Shown here: in pieces, positions 1-11,200 of the stretch
Numbering within the stretch: position 1 is the first letter of the stretch
Layout of the letters: every line of letters starts with the position of its first letter
DNA from: Anaerolineae bacterium
Lineage (GTDB): Bacteria; Chloroflexota; Anaerolineae; B4-G1; DUEL01
Assembly (NCBI GenBank): GCA_041082215.1
Contig: JBDOIF010000171.1
Location: forward strand, 1-64,000
DNA length: 64,000 bases
Direction of reading: 5' to 3'
Translations under genes and position numbers: made by a program
The notes under the pieces: model-generated
Database searches by the model: none
The model's input: the letters and a program-made list of their open reading frames with translations, nothing else
Told to the model about the DNA's origin: nothing

Positions 1-86
1 CCTCCCCCCCCCCCCGGCCCGTCGGGCCACCCCCTCCCCTCCCCCCCGCGGCGGGTGTGGGGCGGGGGCAGGGGGTGGGGTGAGGG
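1..86. repeat. C-rich/G-rich long imperfect palindrome (possibly cut by window edge), same family as 59545-59623
   Basis: C-tracts, then a CGCGGCGG loop, then G-tracts ending GGGGTGAGGG; same loop and end as the 59.5 kb copy. Confidence 0.55.
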
Positions 87-153
87 AGTAAAGCCTGTCC
101 TGTCCGAACCCCAGGGGCGGATATCCGTGCGCCTACCACGAACCGCCCAGGTG

Positions 154-162
154 TGTTATAAT
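154..162 (+). promoter_or_regulatory. Extended -10 promoter element for the histidine kinase
   Basis: TGT-TATAAT about 30 nt upstream of the TTG start; GAAGGAGA RBS. Confidence 0.5.
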
Positions 163-191
163 CCTCCCCGTCGCAGAGAAGGAGACGCCAC

Positions 192-1781
192 TTGTTGACC
201 AGCTACTGGGTGCGCCAGCGGGATTACCTGCTGGAGATCGGCCGGGCGCTGACCGCCCAACTGGACCTGGACGTGGTGCTGACCAAGGTCCTTCAGGCCG
301 CGACGGAGATCCTCGCCGGTCAGGCCGCCCTGATCGCCCTCCGTCAACCCGAGGGCGGCTTTGCCATCCATGCTTCTTACGGACTCCCAACCCGCCTGCT
401 CAGCTACTTCTCCTCCCTGCTGACGGGCATTCCTGAACAGACGGGCCAGGCCGACTTCCATATCCCCGAGCTGGCGGCCAGGCTCCGCCAGGTCGCCCTG
501 GACACCGGCCTCCCGCTGCGCCAGGTCGTCGCCCTGCCAATGCTCATCGGGCGGGAGCTGATCGGGGTCCTCTACGTCTTCCGGGCTCACGGCGCCAGCT
601 TCACCCCCAGCGACCGCCAGATCCTCTCCAGCTTCGCCGACCAGGCCGCCATCGCCGTCCACAACGCCCAGCTCTACCAGCGGCTGGCCCAGGAGAAACG
701 GCGGCTGGACGCTATCCTGGAATACAGCGCCGATGGGGTGATGATCCTGGACCCCGGCCAGCGGATCACCGTCTTCAACCGGGCCCTCTCGGAGATGACT
801 GGCTGGTCCGCAGCCGAGGCCATTGGCCGCCATCACGACGAGGTCATCGTCTGGACCCGGCTGGAGACAGGGATGGACCTGAACCAGGCGGTGGCAGGGG
901 GATGGCCCCTGGGCGGGGGCCGAAGCGGTAAATCCCCCCTCTATGTCGAAGGGGACCTCCGGCGCCGGTCGGGGGGGACGATCAGCGTTGGCATCACCTA
1001 TGCCCCCCTGATGGACCGGGAGGGACGGCTGGTCAATATCATCGCCAACGTGCGCGACATCACCCGGTTCCGCGAGGCAGACCGATTGAAATCCACATTT
1101 GTCTCCATCGTCTCTCACGAGCTGAAGACCCCCGTGGCGACCATTCTGGGGTACGCCGAGACCCTGGCCCGCCCGGATGCGCGGTGGGACCCGGAGACGG
1201 CGCGGGAGCTGGCGGAGACCATTAAGGACGAGGCCCGGCGGCTCGACCGGCTGATCACCGACCTCCTGGACGTCTCCCGGCTTCAGGCTGGAGCGCTGCC
1301 GCTGCGGATGGAGGAGGTGGACCTGGAACTGATGGCCCACCGGGTTGCCCGACGGTTTCAGCCCCGAAGCGACCGCCACCAGATCTCCGTCCGCTTTCCG
1401 GGTAACTTCCCCCTGGTTAAAGGGGATGGCATGCGTCTGGAACAGGTGCTGGACAACCTGGTCTCCAACGCCATCAAGTATTCCCCGGAGGGGGGGCAGG
1501 TCCGTATCCGCGGCCGGGTCTTTCCAGACGAGGTGGTGGTCACGGTGAGCGATGAGGGGATCGGCATCCCGGCCACCGAGCAGGGGCGCATCTTCGAAGC
1601 CTTCTACCGGGTGGACGACCACTCGACACGGCGGACGGGAGGAGCCGGCCTGGGGCTTTACCTGGCCCGCGCGATTGTGGAGGCCCACGGCGGGCGGATC
1701 TGGGTAGAAAGCGAGCCGGGGAAAGGCTCCTCGTTCTCTTTCGCACTTCCACGCGCCGACAAGAAGACGACCGAAAACTGA
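192..1781 (+). CDS. Cytoplasmic GAF-PAS sensor histidine kinase
   Basis: GAF ([15 protein letters not shown]), PAS ([13 protein letters not shown]), H-box VSHELKTP, N-box [10 protein letters not shown]-boxes DEGIGI and GAGLGL. Confidence 0.92.
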   Translation: MLTSYWVRQRDYLLEIGRALTAQLDLDVVLTKVLQAATEILAGQAALIALRQPEGGFAIHASYGLPTRLLSYFSSLLTGIPEQTGQADFHIPELAARLRQVALDTGLPLRQVVALPMLIGRELIGVLYVFRAHGASFTPSDRQILSSFADQAAIAVHNAQLYQRLAQEKRRLDAILEYSADGVMILDPGQRITVFNRALSEMTGWSAAEAIGRHHDEVIVWTRLETGMDLNQAVAGGWPLGGGRSGKSPLYVEGDLRRRSGGTISVGITYAPLMDREGRLVNIIANVRDITRFREADRLKSTFVSIVSHELKTPVATILGYAETLARPDARWDPETARELAETIKDEARRLDRLITDLLDVSRLQAGALPLRMEEVDLELMAHRVARRFQPRSDRHQISVRFPGNFPLVKGDGMRLEQVLDNLVSNAIKYSPEGGQVRIRGRVFPDEVVVTVSDEGIGIPATEQGRIFEAFYRVDDHSTRRTGGAGLGLYLARAIVEAHGGRIWVESEPGKGSSFSFALPRADKKTTEN

Positions 1782-1797
1782 AACGAAAGGACGTTCG

Positions 1798-3168
1798 ATG
1801 GCCCAAGCACTGGCAAGAATCACCTGTCCCAACTGCAAGCAGCCTTTCGCCGCACCGGTGGACCAGATACTGGACGTGGACCTGGACCCATCGGCCAGGA
1901 CCCGGCTCCTGTCGGGCCAGGTCAACGTGGTGGTCTGCCCGCACTGCGGCGCGGCCGGCACGCTCAATATACCCTTCCTGTACCACGACGCTTCCAAAGA
2001 GCTGGCCCTGGTCTTTATGCCGATGGAGGCTGGCCGCACCGACCTGGAGCGTCAGCAGTTCATCGGCTCCCTTTCGCAGGCCGTGATGAGACAGCTCCCC
2101 CCCGAACAGCGAAAAGGCTACCTCCTTAACCCACAGGTCTTCTTCACCTACGAGAGCCTGGTCAACCGCGTGCTGGAAGCGGAGGGGATCACGCAGGAGA
2201 TGATCGAGGCCCAGAAGGCCAGGGTGGAATTGCTGCGACGGCTCGTGGAGGCCCCTTCACCGGAGGAGCGGACGAAGCTGATCCGTGAGAACGCGCTGAT
2301 GCTGGACGATGAGTTCTTCGGCCTCCTCTACGCCAACCTGGCCCAGGCAGAGGCGGTCGGCCGGGAAGACCTGGCGCAGCGGTTTCTCGAAGTGCGCGCT
2401 CTGCTCTTTGAGCAGACCCCCCTGGGCCGTCGCCTGGCCAGACGGACAGAGGCGCTCAAGGCGCTTCAGGCAGAGCCAACCCGGGAAAAGCTCCTGGCAC
2501 TGCTGATCGAGAGCGAGGACCCGGACACACGGGCCGCCCTGATCACCTTCGGGCAGCCGCTGGTGGATTACCTGTTCTTCCAGGGGCTCACGCAGCGGAT
2601 CGAGGCGACCGGGGACGAGCAGGAACGGAAACGGCTGGAAGACCTGCGGGCAGAGGTGCTCCAGATCCGCAAGGAGATACAGGAACAGGCCCGCCAGGTG
2701 GTGGATTCGCGGGCGCAGCTTGTAGAGGAGTTGCTGAAAACGGAAAAGCCTGAACTGCTGGCCCGCCGTCGCCTGGCAGAGCTGGATGAACTCTTCTTCA
2801 GCGTCCTGGCGACGGAGATCGAACAGGCGCAGCGGCTCGGCGATACAGAGACTGTTTCCCGCCTTCAGGAAATCTGGCGGCTGACCATGGAGCTGCTCGA
2901 GGGCCAGGTCCCTCCGGAGCTGAGGCTGCTGACGCGGGTGATGGAGGCCAGGGACACCGATGAGATCCGGGAGGTGCTGGAAGCCAACCGGAGGATTGTG
3001 GGAGAACCGTTCGTCCGGCTGCTCGAAGAGGTCAAACAGCAGTTAACGGAGCAGGGAGAGGAAAAGGCCGCCCGGCGGGCCGAAGCCGCCCTTTCGATCG
3101 CCCGCTCTATGGCAGGAGAAGGTTCAGGCAGAACGGCGACGCCCAAACTGGAGATCGCTAAAAAGTAG
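1798..3168 (+). CDS. CpXC domain protein with helical C-terminus
   Basis: N-terminal CPNC...CPHC followed by PFLYHD; AAAGGA RBS. Confidence 0.8.
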   Translation: MAQALARITCPNCKQPFAAPVDQILDVDLDPSARTRLLSGQVNVVVCPHCGAAGTLNIPFLYHDASKELALVFMPMEAGRTDLERQQFIGSLSQAVMRQLPPEQRKGYLLNPQVFFTYESLVNRVLEAEGITQEMIEAQKARVELLRRLVEAPSPEERTKLIRENALMLDDEFFGLLYANLAQAEAVGREDLAQRFLEVRALLFEQTPLGRRLARRTEALKALQAEPTREKLLALLIESEDPDTRAALITFGQPLVDYLFFQGLTQRIEATGDEQERKRLEDLRAEVLQIRKEIQEQARQVVDSRAQLVEELLKTEKPELLARRRLAELDELFFSVLATEIEQAQRLGDTETVSRLQEIWRLTMELLEGQVPPELRLLTRVMEARDTDEIREVLEANRRIVGEPFVRLLEEVKQQLTEQGEEKAARRAEAALSIARSMAGEGSGRTATPKLEIAKK

Positions 3169-3182
3169 GAAACGGCCTCCCC

Positions 3183-3830
3183 TCACCGGTTCTCCAGCCG
3201 AAAACCATGCCCCCGGACGGTCACAATATACTGATGGTCGGGGTCCGCTGAGACCAGCCGCTCCCGCAGCCGGCGGACGAGGGCATCTATGGCCTGTTCG
3301 GAGATCCCCTCTGCCGCCTCTTCGGGCCACACTGCGGAGACGACCTCCTCCCGCGACACCACCTGCCCCTCAGCATCCAGCAGGGCGACGAGGAGCCGGT
3401 ACTGGGCCGGGGAGAGAGGCGGGATAAGCTCCTGCCCCCCCACGAAGACGCGGCGTGCGGCCCGATCAACCCGCAGCCCCCGGGCAGGACCCTCCACCTC
3501 CAGCGGCAACGTGGCATCCGCACCCACGAAGCCCAGCTTCACGCACAGCGCGATCTGAATCTCATCCCCGTCCTCCAGAATCCGCGGCCGGTCCCGTACC
3601 TCCTCCCCGTTGACGAACGTGCCGTTCTTGCTGCCCAGGTCGTACAGCGCGTACACCCCCGCGGCAACCCGCTCAATGCGGGCATGGTGGCGGGAGACCT
3701 GCCGTTCGGGCAGGATCACGTCACAGTCGGACCCCCGGCCGATGAGGAGCTCATCCCCTTCGACCAGCCACCGCTGCCCGGCGAGCGCCCCCTCATAGGC
3801 GACCAGCATAGGGACTTCAGGCCTCTCCAT
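3183..3830 (-). CDS. FHA domain + OmpR-type winged-helix transcription regulator
   Basis: FHA motifs [22 protein letters not shown]-terminal [12 protein letters not shown]...[12 protein letters not shown]; start re-assigned to ATG 3830 behind AAGGAGG. Confidence 0.88.
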   Translation of the reverse strand: MERPEVPMLVAYEGALAGQRWLVEGDELLIGRGSDCDVILPERQVSRHHARIERVAAGVYALYDLGSKNGTFVNGEEVRDRPRILEDGDEIQIALCVKLGFVGADATLPLEVEGPARGLRVDRAARRVFVGGQELIPPLSPAQYRLLVALLDAEGQVVSREEVVSAVWPEEAAEGISEQAIDALVRRLRERLVSADPDHQYIVTVRGHGFRLENR

Positions 3831-3840
3831 AAGCACCTCC

Positions 3841-3868
3841 TTGACAGAAGCCCCGTCTCGTCTATCAT
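3841..3868 (+). promoter_or_regulatory. Sigma70-type promoter for the Ser/Thr kinase
   Basis: TTGACA-N16-TATCAT. Confidence 0.55.
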
Positions 3869-3891
3869 GTCCCTTGGAGGAGAAGAAACCC

Positions 3892-4878
3892 GTGACCCGC
3901 TTGCTCAGTCCCGGGACCGTTCTGCGCGAACGGTACATGATCGTTGACTGCGTGGGACAGGGCGGGATGGGGGCCGTCTACCGGGCCACCGACCTGCGGC
4001 TGAAAGGCCGCGTCTGTGCGATTAAGGAGATCCGCTACGATCCCGACCTGCCCCCCGAAGCCCTGGTCCAGGCGCAGCAACAGTTCCACCGGGAGGCCAG
4101 CGTCCTGGCCTGTCTCGACCACCCCAACCTCCCCAAAGTCTCCGACTACTTCAGCGAAGAGGGACGGGAGTACCTGGTGATGGATTTCGTCGCCGGACGG
4201 GACCTGCGGCAGGTCCTGGAAGAGGAGCAACGGGCCGGACGGATGCTGGACGAGCGGAGGGTGTTGCAGTGGGCCGAACAGCTATGCGATGCCCTTTCTT
4301 ACCTTCATAACCAGGACCCACCGGTCCTCCACCGGGATATCAAGCCGGCCAACATCAAAGAGACCCCCACCGGGCTGCTCAAGCTGGTAGACTTTGGGCT
4401 GGTGAAGCTGCTGATCGCCGACGACGCCCGCACCATCACCGTGCTCCAGGGTCGGGGGACAGCAGCCTATACCCCGCTGGAGCAGTACGGGGGGGACACC
4501 GGCCACACCGATGCCCGCTCCGACATCTATGCGCTGGGGGCCACCCTCTATCATCTGCTCACCGGCCAGCCTCCAGCCGACGCCAAGCAACGCTTCCTCC
4601 ACCCGGATAGCCTCATTCCCCCCCGGCAACTCAACCCCCGCATCTCCCCCACCGTCGAGCGGGCGATCCTGGCCGCCATCGCCATGCACCCCGACAGTCG
4701 CCCCCCGACGGTGGAGGCCTTCCGTCAGATGCTCCACGGCATCTCCCTCTCCGACGCGCTGACGGTCTTCGTCTCCCCCCGGCAGGAATGGCAGCAGGCC
4801 CTGCGCGCAAACAGGGATCTGCTGATCCTGGTGGGGATTCTTTCGGCCGCGGCCTTCCTCCTCACCCTCCTCCTGTAG
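3892..4878 (+). CDS. Hanks-type Ser/Thr protein kinase with C-terminal membrane anchor
   Basis: [31 protein letters not shown]; hydrophobic C-terminus; GTG start after GGAGGAG. Confidence 0.92.
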   Translation: MTRLLSPGTVLRERYMIVDCVGQGGMGAVYRATDLRLKGRVCAIKEIRYDPDLPPEALVQAQQQFHREASVLACLDHPNLPKVSDYFSEEGREYLVMDFVAGRDLRQVLEEEQRAGRMLDERRVLQWAEQLCDALSYLHNQDPPVLHRDIKPANIKETPTGLLKLVDFGLVKLLIADDARTITVLQGRGTAAYTPLEQYGGDTGHTDARSDIYALGATLYHLLTGQPPADAKQRFLHPDSLIPPRQLNPRISPTVERAILAAIAMHPDSRPPTVEAFRQMLHGISLSDALTVFVSPRQEWQQALRANRDLLILVGILSAAAFLLTLLL

Positions 4879-7699
4879 CCCCGGGCCCCGACCGACCGGC
4901 CCCCAGCCGCCCCTCTCTGATCGCATCGGCAAGAAAGACGGCCAGCAGCGGGATTGCTGCGCCGGCCAGGGCGACGATGCCAGCAGCCCAGAGCCCCGTC
5001 TTCTGGCGCACCCATTCCAGGCCGGGCAGGCCCAGCGCCAGGCCGATGTAGGCCAGCATCCCTCCGGCCACACACCAGAGCGCCCCCTGAAGCGCCTGCG
5101 TCAGGTCCCGCCTCCGCCGCCACCGCTCCATATACCCCGCCAGCGCCACCACCCCGGCGACGACGATCCCCTCCCCCAGATCGGGCCACCCCACCCTGCC
5201 CCACGCCCGTTCCCTCTCGCCCTCGCGAGGGTACACAGGAGTCGGGGTCAGCTCGGGGGTAGGCTGAGGGGTAGAGACGGGGGTCGGCAGCGACGTGGGG
5301 CTGGGCGTGGGCGTGATGGCGACGATCTCCGCAGGCGCCCCCTCAGGGATGTTCATCTCCAGCCGAACGGCGCGGGGCACCGGTTCCGCCCGGACGGAGA
5401 CCTGCAACTGTCCCACCCGGTCCAGCGTCACCACCGTCTCCGCCACACCACCCTGAGTCGTCACCTGTGTCGAGTGCTCCAGCCCCTCCTGTGGATAGGT
5501 GAAGATGAACTCCACCGGCGTCCCATCGGGCACCGGGTGGCCGTTCCGATCCCGAATCACACTGGTCCAGAGCCGGAGCGTATCCCCCTGGCGGACCTCG
5601 ATGGGTTGTACTGTCGGCGAGGGCGTGATCGTCCCCTCCCCCGCCCCCTCACCGCCGATCACCTCCCAGAAAAGCTCGACCACCTGCCCTGGATCGGGCT
5701 GGGTCTGAAGGATCAGGCTGTAGTTGATCCCGGCCACGCTGACAGGGGAGTCACCGGTGAACGGGAACTCGTCGAAGAGGGCCCGTGCGGCCGCTTCGAT
5801 GAACGGCCGGGTGTAACCGTACAGGCCGAAGTAAGCGGAGAGCTTGGAAATTTCCGTTGTATCCAGGTAATAAGGGGCATCGAAAGCAAAGACCACCACT
5901 TTCTTGTCGCGCAGCAGATCGGCCCGCTCCGCCAGGAAACGGCGCAGCGCCCCGGAATGACCCACCTGATCGGTGGCATCGAGCATCGCAAAGAGGACCC
6001 AGTTCGCCTGCTGAAGCGCCGCCTCGACCGGATGGGGCGTCGGGGTTCCCTCCGCAGCCGGAGCGGAGAGGTAATCCATCAGGTCCTGGAAAGAAAAGCT
6101 GTTCACAAACTCAGGCTGGACCTGACGGGTAGCCGTCGGGCCATAGAGGCGAAGCAGGGTTTCCTCCAGAAGCGTGGGGGGGATGAGGGGAACGGGCGGG
6201 CAGCCAGCGCAGGGTGCGACCTGGCGGTCATCGGTGAAAATAACGATGCGGTCGCCGGCCACGGGCGGGGCTGGCCGCAGGTCGGGGGACGGGGGTGAGA
6301 GCAGGGTTGTGGCCTCCTGAGCGATGGGCACCACCCGATCCCGGTACTGCCCTACCCGCCCAGCCGCTCCCTCCACATCCACCTGCGTGAGGTTGTAGTT
6401 GAAGGAGCCGCCATAAAGGCGCAGCTTCAGCCGCAGAATCCGCAACACCGCGTCGTCCACCCACTTCTGGAAGGTGGGGTCCGTCTCATATTTCTCACGG
6501 AAGAAGGCGATGGTGGCCCGGATGTTGGCGATATGATTGTCCCAGTCGTCGGTCAGCGCAAAGTGGGAGAGGATGAGGAGGTCGTTTCCGGCCACAAAGG
6601 CCTCGCGGGCGATCCTCCGGCCATTGAACTCCTGCTCGGTGGGGTCATAGAAACGGCGGACCGCCCGTACCCCCAGTTCGTCGGCCACCATCACACCGCC
6701 GGCCGCCCGCCAGGAGGCCAGTTCGGGCAGCGCCATCAATTGCTGCAACGCCTGGGGGTCGAAGCTCACCGGCTTGGTGGAGGCGTAGATGTTCCCCTGG
6801 AATCCCCGATAACGGATATGGGAGACCAGCAGGCCGTCCGCCTGGGCCGCAGGGTCATCCCCGCTGACCACGTCGAAGAAGGGGGCCAGCTCGATCTGCT
6901 TGAGCTGCTCCAGCGACTTCTGCACCGTGGAGACCTCGTCGGAGAGGGGGCGATCGGCTGCGCCCAGGCCGGGGAAGTGGCCCGGCACCACGGCGATCCG
7001 CCCTCCGCTTCCCGTGTGAACCCCCCGGATGTAAGCCTGCCCCATCCGGCCCACCCAGTAGGGGTCGCCGCCGAAGGAACGGGCCCCCAGGTCGGCCGGG
7101 CTGCCCGGTCGGGGGGTGTCCAGCACGTCCAGCGAGGGCCCCAGCAGCAGATTGAACCCCAGTGCGCTCAGCTCCTCACCGACGATCGCCCCCACCGTTT
7201 CGGCGTTGAGGGGGTTCCAGGTCGCTCCAAGCGCCATCGGAGAGGGAAGTGGGGTCGTCCCGCTGATGGCCGGGCCATAACGGAGGCCCATCCCCCCCTG
7301 CTCCACTCCGATCAGCAGAGGTACAAAGGGATCGGACACCTCCAGCCCCTCTTCCTCTAACGGCAGCCGGGAGGCCTCCCAGGCCAGTTGTTGCAGGCCG
7401 TTGGTCAGCGCAACGACCTGCGCAGGCGTGTCCCCTTCGTTCACGATGTTGCCGTTCTCCGGCCGCAGGAGGACCCCCCCCACCCGATCTTCCAGGATCA
7501 GGTCCCGGATCGCCGAGCCTTCGCCGACATCCGTCCCCGGGAAGGTGACAATGAAGAGCTGCCCCACCCGCGCCGCTGGCGACATACGGGCGAGGAGCGC
7601 CACAGCCGGGTCTTCCTGCCCCTGAACCGCCACAGGATGAAAGAGGGTCAGAAGCAGGCCGAGTACGGCCACCGCTGACAGCAATCTGCTAAACATCAC
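4862..7699 (-). CDS. Secreted, membrane-anchored glycoside hydrolase family 3 (beta-N-acetylhexosaminidase-like)
   Basis: Signal peptide; [43 protein letters not shown]-rich linker; C-terminal TM helices. Confidence 0.82.
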   Translation of the reverse strand: MMFSRLLSAVAVLGLLLTLFHPVAVQGQEDPAVALLARMSPAARVGQLFIVTFPGTDVGEGSAIRDLILEDRVGGVLLRPENGNIVNEGDTPAQVVALTNGLQQLAWEASRLPLEEEGLEVSDPFVPLLIGVEQGGMGLRYGPAISGTTPLPSPMALGATWNPLNAETVGAIVGEELSALGFNLLLGPSLDVLDTPRPGSPADLGARSFGGDPYWVGRMGQAYIRGVHTGSGGRIAVVPGHFPGLGAADRPLSDEVSTVQKSLEQLKQIELAPFFDVVSGDDPAAQADGLLVSHIRYRGFQGNIYASTKPVSFDPQALQQLMALPELASWRAAGGVMVADELGVRAVRRFYDPTEQEFNGRRIAREAFVAGNDLLILSHFALTDDWDNHIANIRATIAFFREKYETDPTFQKWVDDAVLRILRLKLRLYGGSFNYNLTQVDVEGAAGRVGQYRDRVVPIAQEATTLLSPPSPDLRPAPPVAGDRIVIFTDDRQVAPCAGCPPVPLIPPTLLEETLLRLYGPTATRQVQPEFVNSFSFQDLMDYLSAPAAEGTPTPHPVEAALQQANWVLFAMLDATDQVGHSGALRRFLAERADLLRDKKVVVFAFDAPYYLDTTEISKLSAYFGLYGYTRPFIEAAARALFDEFPFTGDSPVSVAGINYSLILQTQPDPGQVVELFWEVIGGEGAGEGTITPSPTVQPIEVRQGDTLRLWTSVIRDRNGHPVPDGTPVEFIFTYPQEGLEHSTQVTTQGGVAETVVTLDRVGQLQVSVRAEPVPRAVRLEMNIPEGAPAEIVAITPTPSPTSLPTPVSTPQPTPELTPTPVYPREGERERAWGRVGWPDLGEGIVVAGVVALAGYMERWRRRRDLTQALQGALWCVAGGMLAYIGLALGLPGLEWVRQKTGLWAAGIVALAGAAIPLLAVFLADAIREGRLGAGRSGPGATGGG

Positions 7700-7782
7700 A
7701 CCCAGTTCCGGATTCCGCTTATCGCTTTATTGTAACCTAATTGGTGCGGGTGCGCAACAAGACCTTCAAGGCACAAGCCGCC

Positions 7783-7811
7783 TTGCCAGACCCCGTCCGC
7801 CGGGGTATAAT
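7783..7811 (+). promoter_or_regulatory. Sigma70-type promoter for dodecin (possibly also uvrB)
   Basis: TTGCCA-N17-TATAAT; a divergent TTGCGC-N17-TACAAT (7729-7757, minus strand) faces the GH3 gene. Confidence 0.6.
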
Positions 7812-7896
7812 GACATTTAATCTCACCCCTTCCCTTCCCTATCCCCCACAGCTCCCGACGAGAGGTCGTTTCTATTCTGGCGAAAGGAGGGACAAA

Positions 7897-8115
7897 ATGT
7901 CGGAAAGCGTCTATAAGATCATCGAGCTGGTCGGAACCAGCACCGAGTCGTGGGAAAAGGCTGCCGCGGCCGCTGTGGAGACCGCCGCTCAGAGCCTGCG
8001 GGACCTCCGCATCGCGGAGGTGGTCGAACTGGATATGCAGATCGAGGACGGAAAGGTCCGCGCCTATCGCGCCAAAGTGAAACTCTCGTTCAAGTACCAC
8101 GCAGAAGAAGACTGA
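7897..8115 (+). CDS. Dodecin family flavin-binding protein
   Basis: 72 aa, [19 protein letters not shown]...[22 protein letters not shown]. Confidence 0.9.
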   Translation: MSESVYKIIELVGTSTESWEKAAAAAVETAAQSLRDLRIAEVVELDMQIEDGKVRAYRAKVKLSFKYHAEED

Positions 8116-8133
8116 CTCCGGTCTTCCGCCCCA

Positions 8134-8186
8134 CCACAGAGGCGCAGAGGAGATCGTCCCCTCCCGCGCCCTCCGCGCCTCTGTGG
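8134..8186. repeat. Palindromic repeat built from 9-nt units (CACAGAG/CACGGAG family)
   Basis: CCACAGAGGCGCAGAGG ... CCTCCGCGCCTCTGTGG inverted arms. Confidence 0.65.
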
Positions 8187-8206
8187 CTCCCTGTGTACAG
8201 GTAAAG

Positions 8207-10249
8207 ATGCCCAGATTCCAGCTCGTCTCCGACTTTCGGCCCACCGGCGACCAGCCAGAGGCCATCGCCGCACTGGTGGAGGGGCTTCGCAAGGGGTACA
8301 AACACCAGACGCTCCTCGGCGCCACCGGCACGGGAAAGACCTTCACCCTGGCCTGTGTTATCGAACAGGTCCAGAAGCCCACGCTGGTGATCGCCCACAA
8401 CAAGACCCTGGCTGCCCAGCTCTACGCCGAGTTCCGCGAGTTCTTCCCCCACAACGCCGTCGAGTACTTTGTCAGCTACTACGACTACTACCAGCCAGAG
8501 GCCTACCTGCCCCAATACGACCTCTACATTGAAAAAGACGCCGACATCAACGAGGAAATTGACCGGCTCCGGCTGGCCGCCACCACCGCCCTCTTCTCCC
8601 GACGGGATGTCATCATCGTCGCCTCCGTCTCCTGCATCTACGCCATCGGCGACCCCGAAGAGTGGGGCCGGGTGATGGTCCGGCTGGCCCGGGGGGAGCG
8701 CCACCGCCGCCAGACCCTGCTCCGCCATCTGGTGAGTATCTACTACGAGCGGAACGACCTGGAGCTTTCCCGGGGCCGTTTCCGCGTCCGTGGCGACACG
8801 CTGGAGGTGATGCCCGCCTACGGGGAAACGGCCTACCGCATCGGCTTCTGGGGAGACGAGATCGAACGGATCACGGAGGTGGACCCCCTCACCGGCGAGG
8901 TGCTGACAGAGCTGGAGGAGATCCAGATTTTCCCCGCCAAGCACTTCATCACACCGGAGGAAAAACGGGAAAAGGCCCTGGCGGATATCGAAGCGGAGCT
9001 GGAAGAGCGGCTGAAGGAGCTCAAGGCCCAGGGGAAGCTCCTGGAAGCCCAGCGGCTGGAACAGCGCACCCGGTATGACATTGAGATGATCCGCGAGGTG
9101 GGGTACTGTGCTGGCATCGAAAACTACTCGCGCCACCTCCAGCAGCGCCCCCCCGGCTCCCCTCCCTGGACTTTGATGGACTACTTCCCGGCCGACTACC
9201 TCCTGGTGGTGGACGAGTCCCATATGACCATCCCCCAGATCCGGGGGATGTACCACGGCGACCGGAGCCGGAAGGAGACGCTGGTGGAGTACGGCTTCCG
9301 CCTTCCCTCGGCGCTGGACAACCGCCCGCTGACGTTCGAGGAGTTCGAGACGCGGGTCAACCAGGTTGTCTACACCTCTGCCACTCCCGGCCCCTACGAG
9401 CTGGAAAAGAGCGCACGGGTAGTGGAACAGATCATCCGCCCCACCGGCATCGTGGACCCCCAGATCGTCGTCCGCCCGGCAAAGGGGCAGGTGGATGACC
9501 TGGTGGCTCGCATCCGGGAGCGGGTGGCCCGGGGCGAGCGGGTGCTGGTCACCACCCTCACCAAGCGGATGGCTGAAGACCTGGCCGATTACCTGCGGGA
9601 GCTGGGCACCAGGGTCCATTACCTCCACAGCGAGATTCAGACCATCGAACGGGTGGAGATCCTGCGGGACCTGCGGCTGGGGGCGTACGATGTGGTGGTG
9701 GGGATCAACCTGCTGCGGGAAGGGCTGGACCTGCCGGAGGTGAGCCTGGTGGCGGTGCTGGACGCCGATAAAGAAGGGTTCCTGCGATCCGACACCGCCC
9801 TTATCCAGACCATCGGGCGTGCCGCCCGGCACGTCAACGGCACGGCGGTCCTCTACGCCGATCAGATCACCGACTCGATGCGGCGGGCGATCGAGGAGAC
9901 GGAGCGGCGGCGGGCGATCCAGATCCGGTATAACGAGGAGCACGGGATCGTGCCGACCACCGTCGTCAAGGAGATCCGGGACCTGACCGACCGGGTGCGC
10001 CGTCAGGCCGCCCCTGCCAGGGAAGCGGAGCTGCCTCCGGCGGAGCTATCCAGGGATGAACTGGCCCGTCTGATCCGGGAGCTGGAAAAGCAAATGAAAC
10101 AGGCCGCCCAGGAGCTGGAGTTCGAAAAGGCGGCTCTGTTGCGGGATCAAATCTTCGAACTGCGGGCGGTGCTGGCGGAGAAAGAAGAACTACCCCCCTG
10201 GGAGCGGGAACGGCGGCTGGCGCCGCGAACGAAAGAAGGGCGTCTGTAA
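8207..10249 (+). CDS. uvrB: Excinuclease ABC subunit B
   Basis: [55 protein letters not shown]-terminal UVR domain. Confidence 0.98.
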   Translation: MPRFQLVSDFRPTGDQPEAIAALVEGLRKGYKHQTLLGATGTGKTFTLACVIEQVQKPTLVIAHNKTLAAQLYAEFREFFPHNAVEYFVSYYDYYQPEAYLPQYDLYIEKDADINEEIDRLRLAATTALFSRRDVIIVASVSCIYAIGDPEEWGRVMVRLARGERHRRQTLLRHLVSIYYERNDLELSRGRFRVRGDTLEVMPAYGETAYRIGFWGDEIERITEVDPLTGEVLTELEEIQIFPAKHFITPEEKREKALADIEAELEERLKELKAQGKLLEAQRLEQRTRYDIEMIREVGYCAGIENYSRHLQQRPPGSPPWTLMDYFPADYLLVVDESHMTIPQIRGMYHGDRSRKETLVEYGFRLPSALDNRPLTFEEFETRVNQVVYTSATPGPYELEKSARVVEQIIRPTGIVDPQIVVRPAKGQVDDLVARIRERVARGERVLVTTLTKRMAEDLADYLRELGTRVHYLHSEIQTIERVEILRDLRLGAYDVVVGINLLREGLDLPEVSLVAVLDADKEGFLRSDTALIQTIGRAARHVNGTAVLYADQITDSMRRAIEETERRRAIQIRYNEEHGIVPTTVVKEIRDLTDRVRRQAAPAREAELPPAELSRDELARLIRELEKQMKQAAQELEFEKAALLRDQIFELRAVLAEKEELPPWERERRLAPRTKEGRL

Positions 10250-10255
10250 AGCTCC

Positions 10256-10516
10256 CTACGGCTCCCCCCGGCCTCCGTCCGGCTCCTGCCCGAGAATCCC
10301 CGCCTCTGCCATCAACTGCAGGGTCTCCCGGGCCTCCTCCTCATCCAGCCTGCTGATGGCAAACCCCACGTGGACGATGACGTAGTCCCCCACGTCCGCC
10401 TCCGGCACGTAGGCCAGGCAGACGTCGCGGACGATCCCGCCGAAGTCCACCCTGCCCATCCGCATCAGTGGGCTATCCTGAACCTCGACGATCTTTCCGG
10501 GGATCCCCAGGCACAT
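10256..10516 (-). CDS. hypC: Hydrogenase maturation chaperone HypC/HybG/HupF
   Basis: MCLGIPG start; GDYVIVHVGFA. Confidence 0.95.
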   Translation of the reverse strand: MCLGIPGKIVEVQDSPLMRMGRVDFGGIVRDVCLAYVPEADVGDYVIVHVGFAISRLDEEEARETLQLMAEAGILGQEPDGGRGEP

Positions 10517-10517
10517 C

Positions 10518-11186
10518 TCAACCCCGCTCCCTGTAGGCTATAATCTCCCGCCGCAGCCAGTCCAGCCAGGCTTCCAACCCCTCGCCGGTCTTGCAGGAGA
10601 GGGGGAAGAAAGCCAGGCCGGGGTTGAGGGCTTCCACACCCCGGCGGAAGTAGTCCACGTTGAAATCGAAGGCTTCCAGGACATCCACCTTGTTCAGCAC
10701 CAGCGCGTCCACTCCCCGGTACATCGGCGGGTACTTATAGGGCTTATCGTCCCCCTCCGGCACGCTGGCGATCAGCACATCCCGATGAACCCCCAGTTTA
10801 AAGGCGGCGGGGCAGACCAAATTGCCCACGTTCTCCACGATCAGCAGGTCGAGGGAGTCCAGCGGCAGTTGGGGAAGGGCGGCCTGGAACATCGCCGCAT
10901 CCAGGTGACACTCGCCACCGGTGTTGATCTGGACTGTGGGGACGCCAAGAGCGGCCACCCGGTCAGCGTCCAGTGTGGAGGCCAGGTCGCCGTCCACCAC
11001 GCCGATGCGGAACTGCTGTCGAAGCGCCTCGACGGTGCGGACGATCAGGCTGGTCTTTCCGGCGCCGGGGGATGCCATCAGGTTGACGGCGAAGACCCCC
11101 GTTGCGTCCAGCCGGACGCGGTTGGAGGCAGCGAGCTGGTCGTTGGCGCTCAGAATCCGTTCGACGACGGGCACGCGGGTCGTCAT
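10518..11186 (-). CDS. hypB: Hydrogenase nickel incorporation GTPase
   Basis: SPGAGKT, GECHLDA, ENVGNLVCPA, EGDDKPYKYP, NKVD; start re-assigned to ATG 11186. Confidence 0.93.
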   Translation of the reverse strand: MTTRVPVVERILSANDQLAASNRVRLDATGVFAVNLMASPGAGKTSLIVRTVEALRQQFRIGVVDGDLASTLDADRVAALGVPTVQINTGGECHLDAAMFQAALPQLPLDSLDLLIVENVGNLVCPAAFKLGVHRDVLIASVPEGDDKPYKYPPMYRGVDALVLNKVDVLEAFDFNVDYFRRGVEALNPGLAFFPLSCKTGEGLEAWLDWLRREIIAYRERG

Positions 11187-11200
11187 AGGGCTATCGCACC

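Noticed and set aside
3831..3938. Longer starts in the ORF track (e.g. FHA 3938, kinase 3841, hypB 11345, upp 15249, malic enzyme 48484)
   Set aside because: They overlap neighbouring genes or promoters; the downstream starts match family N-termini and mostly have a clear RBS.
8116..8206. LexA box upstream of uvrB
   Set aside because: No GAAC-N4-GTTC or CTGT-N8-ACAG match found by eye.
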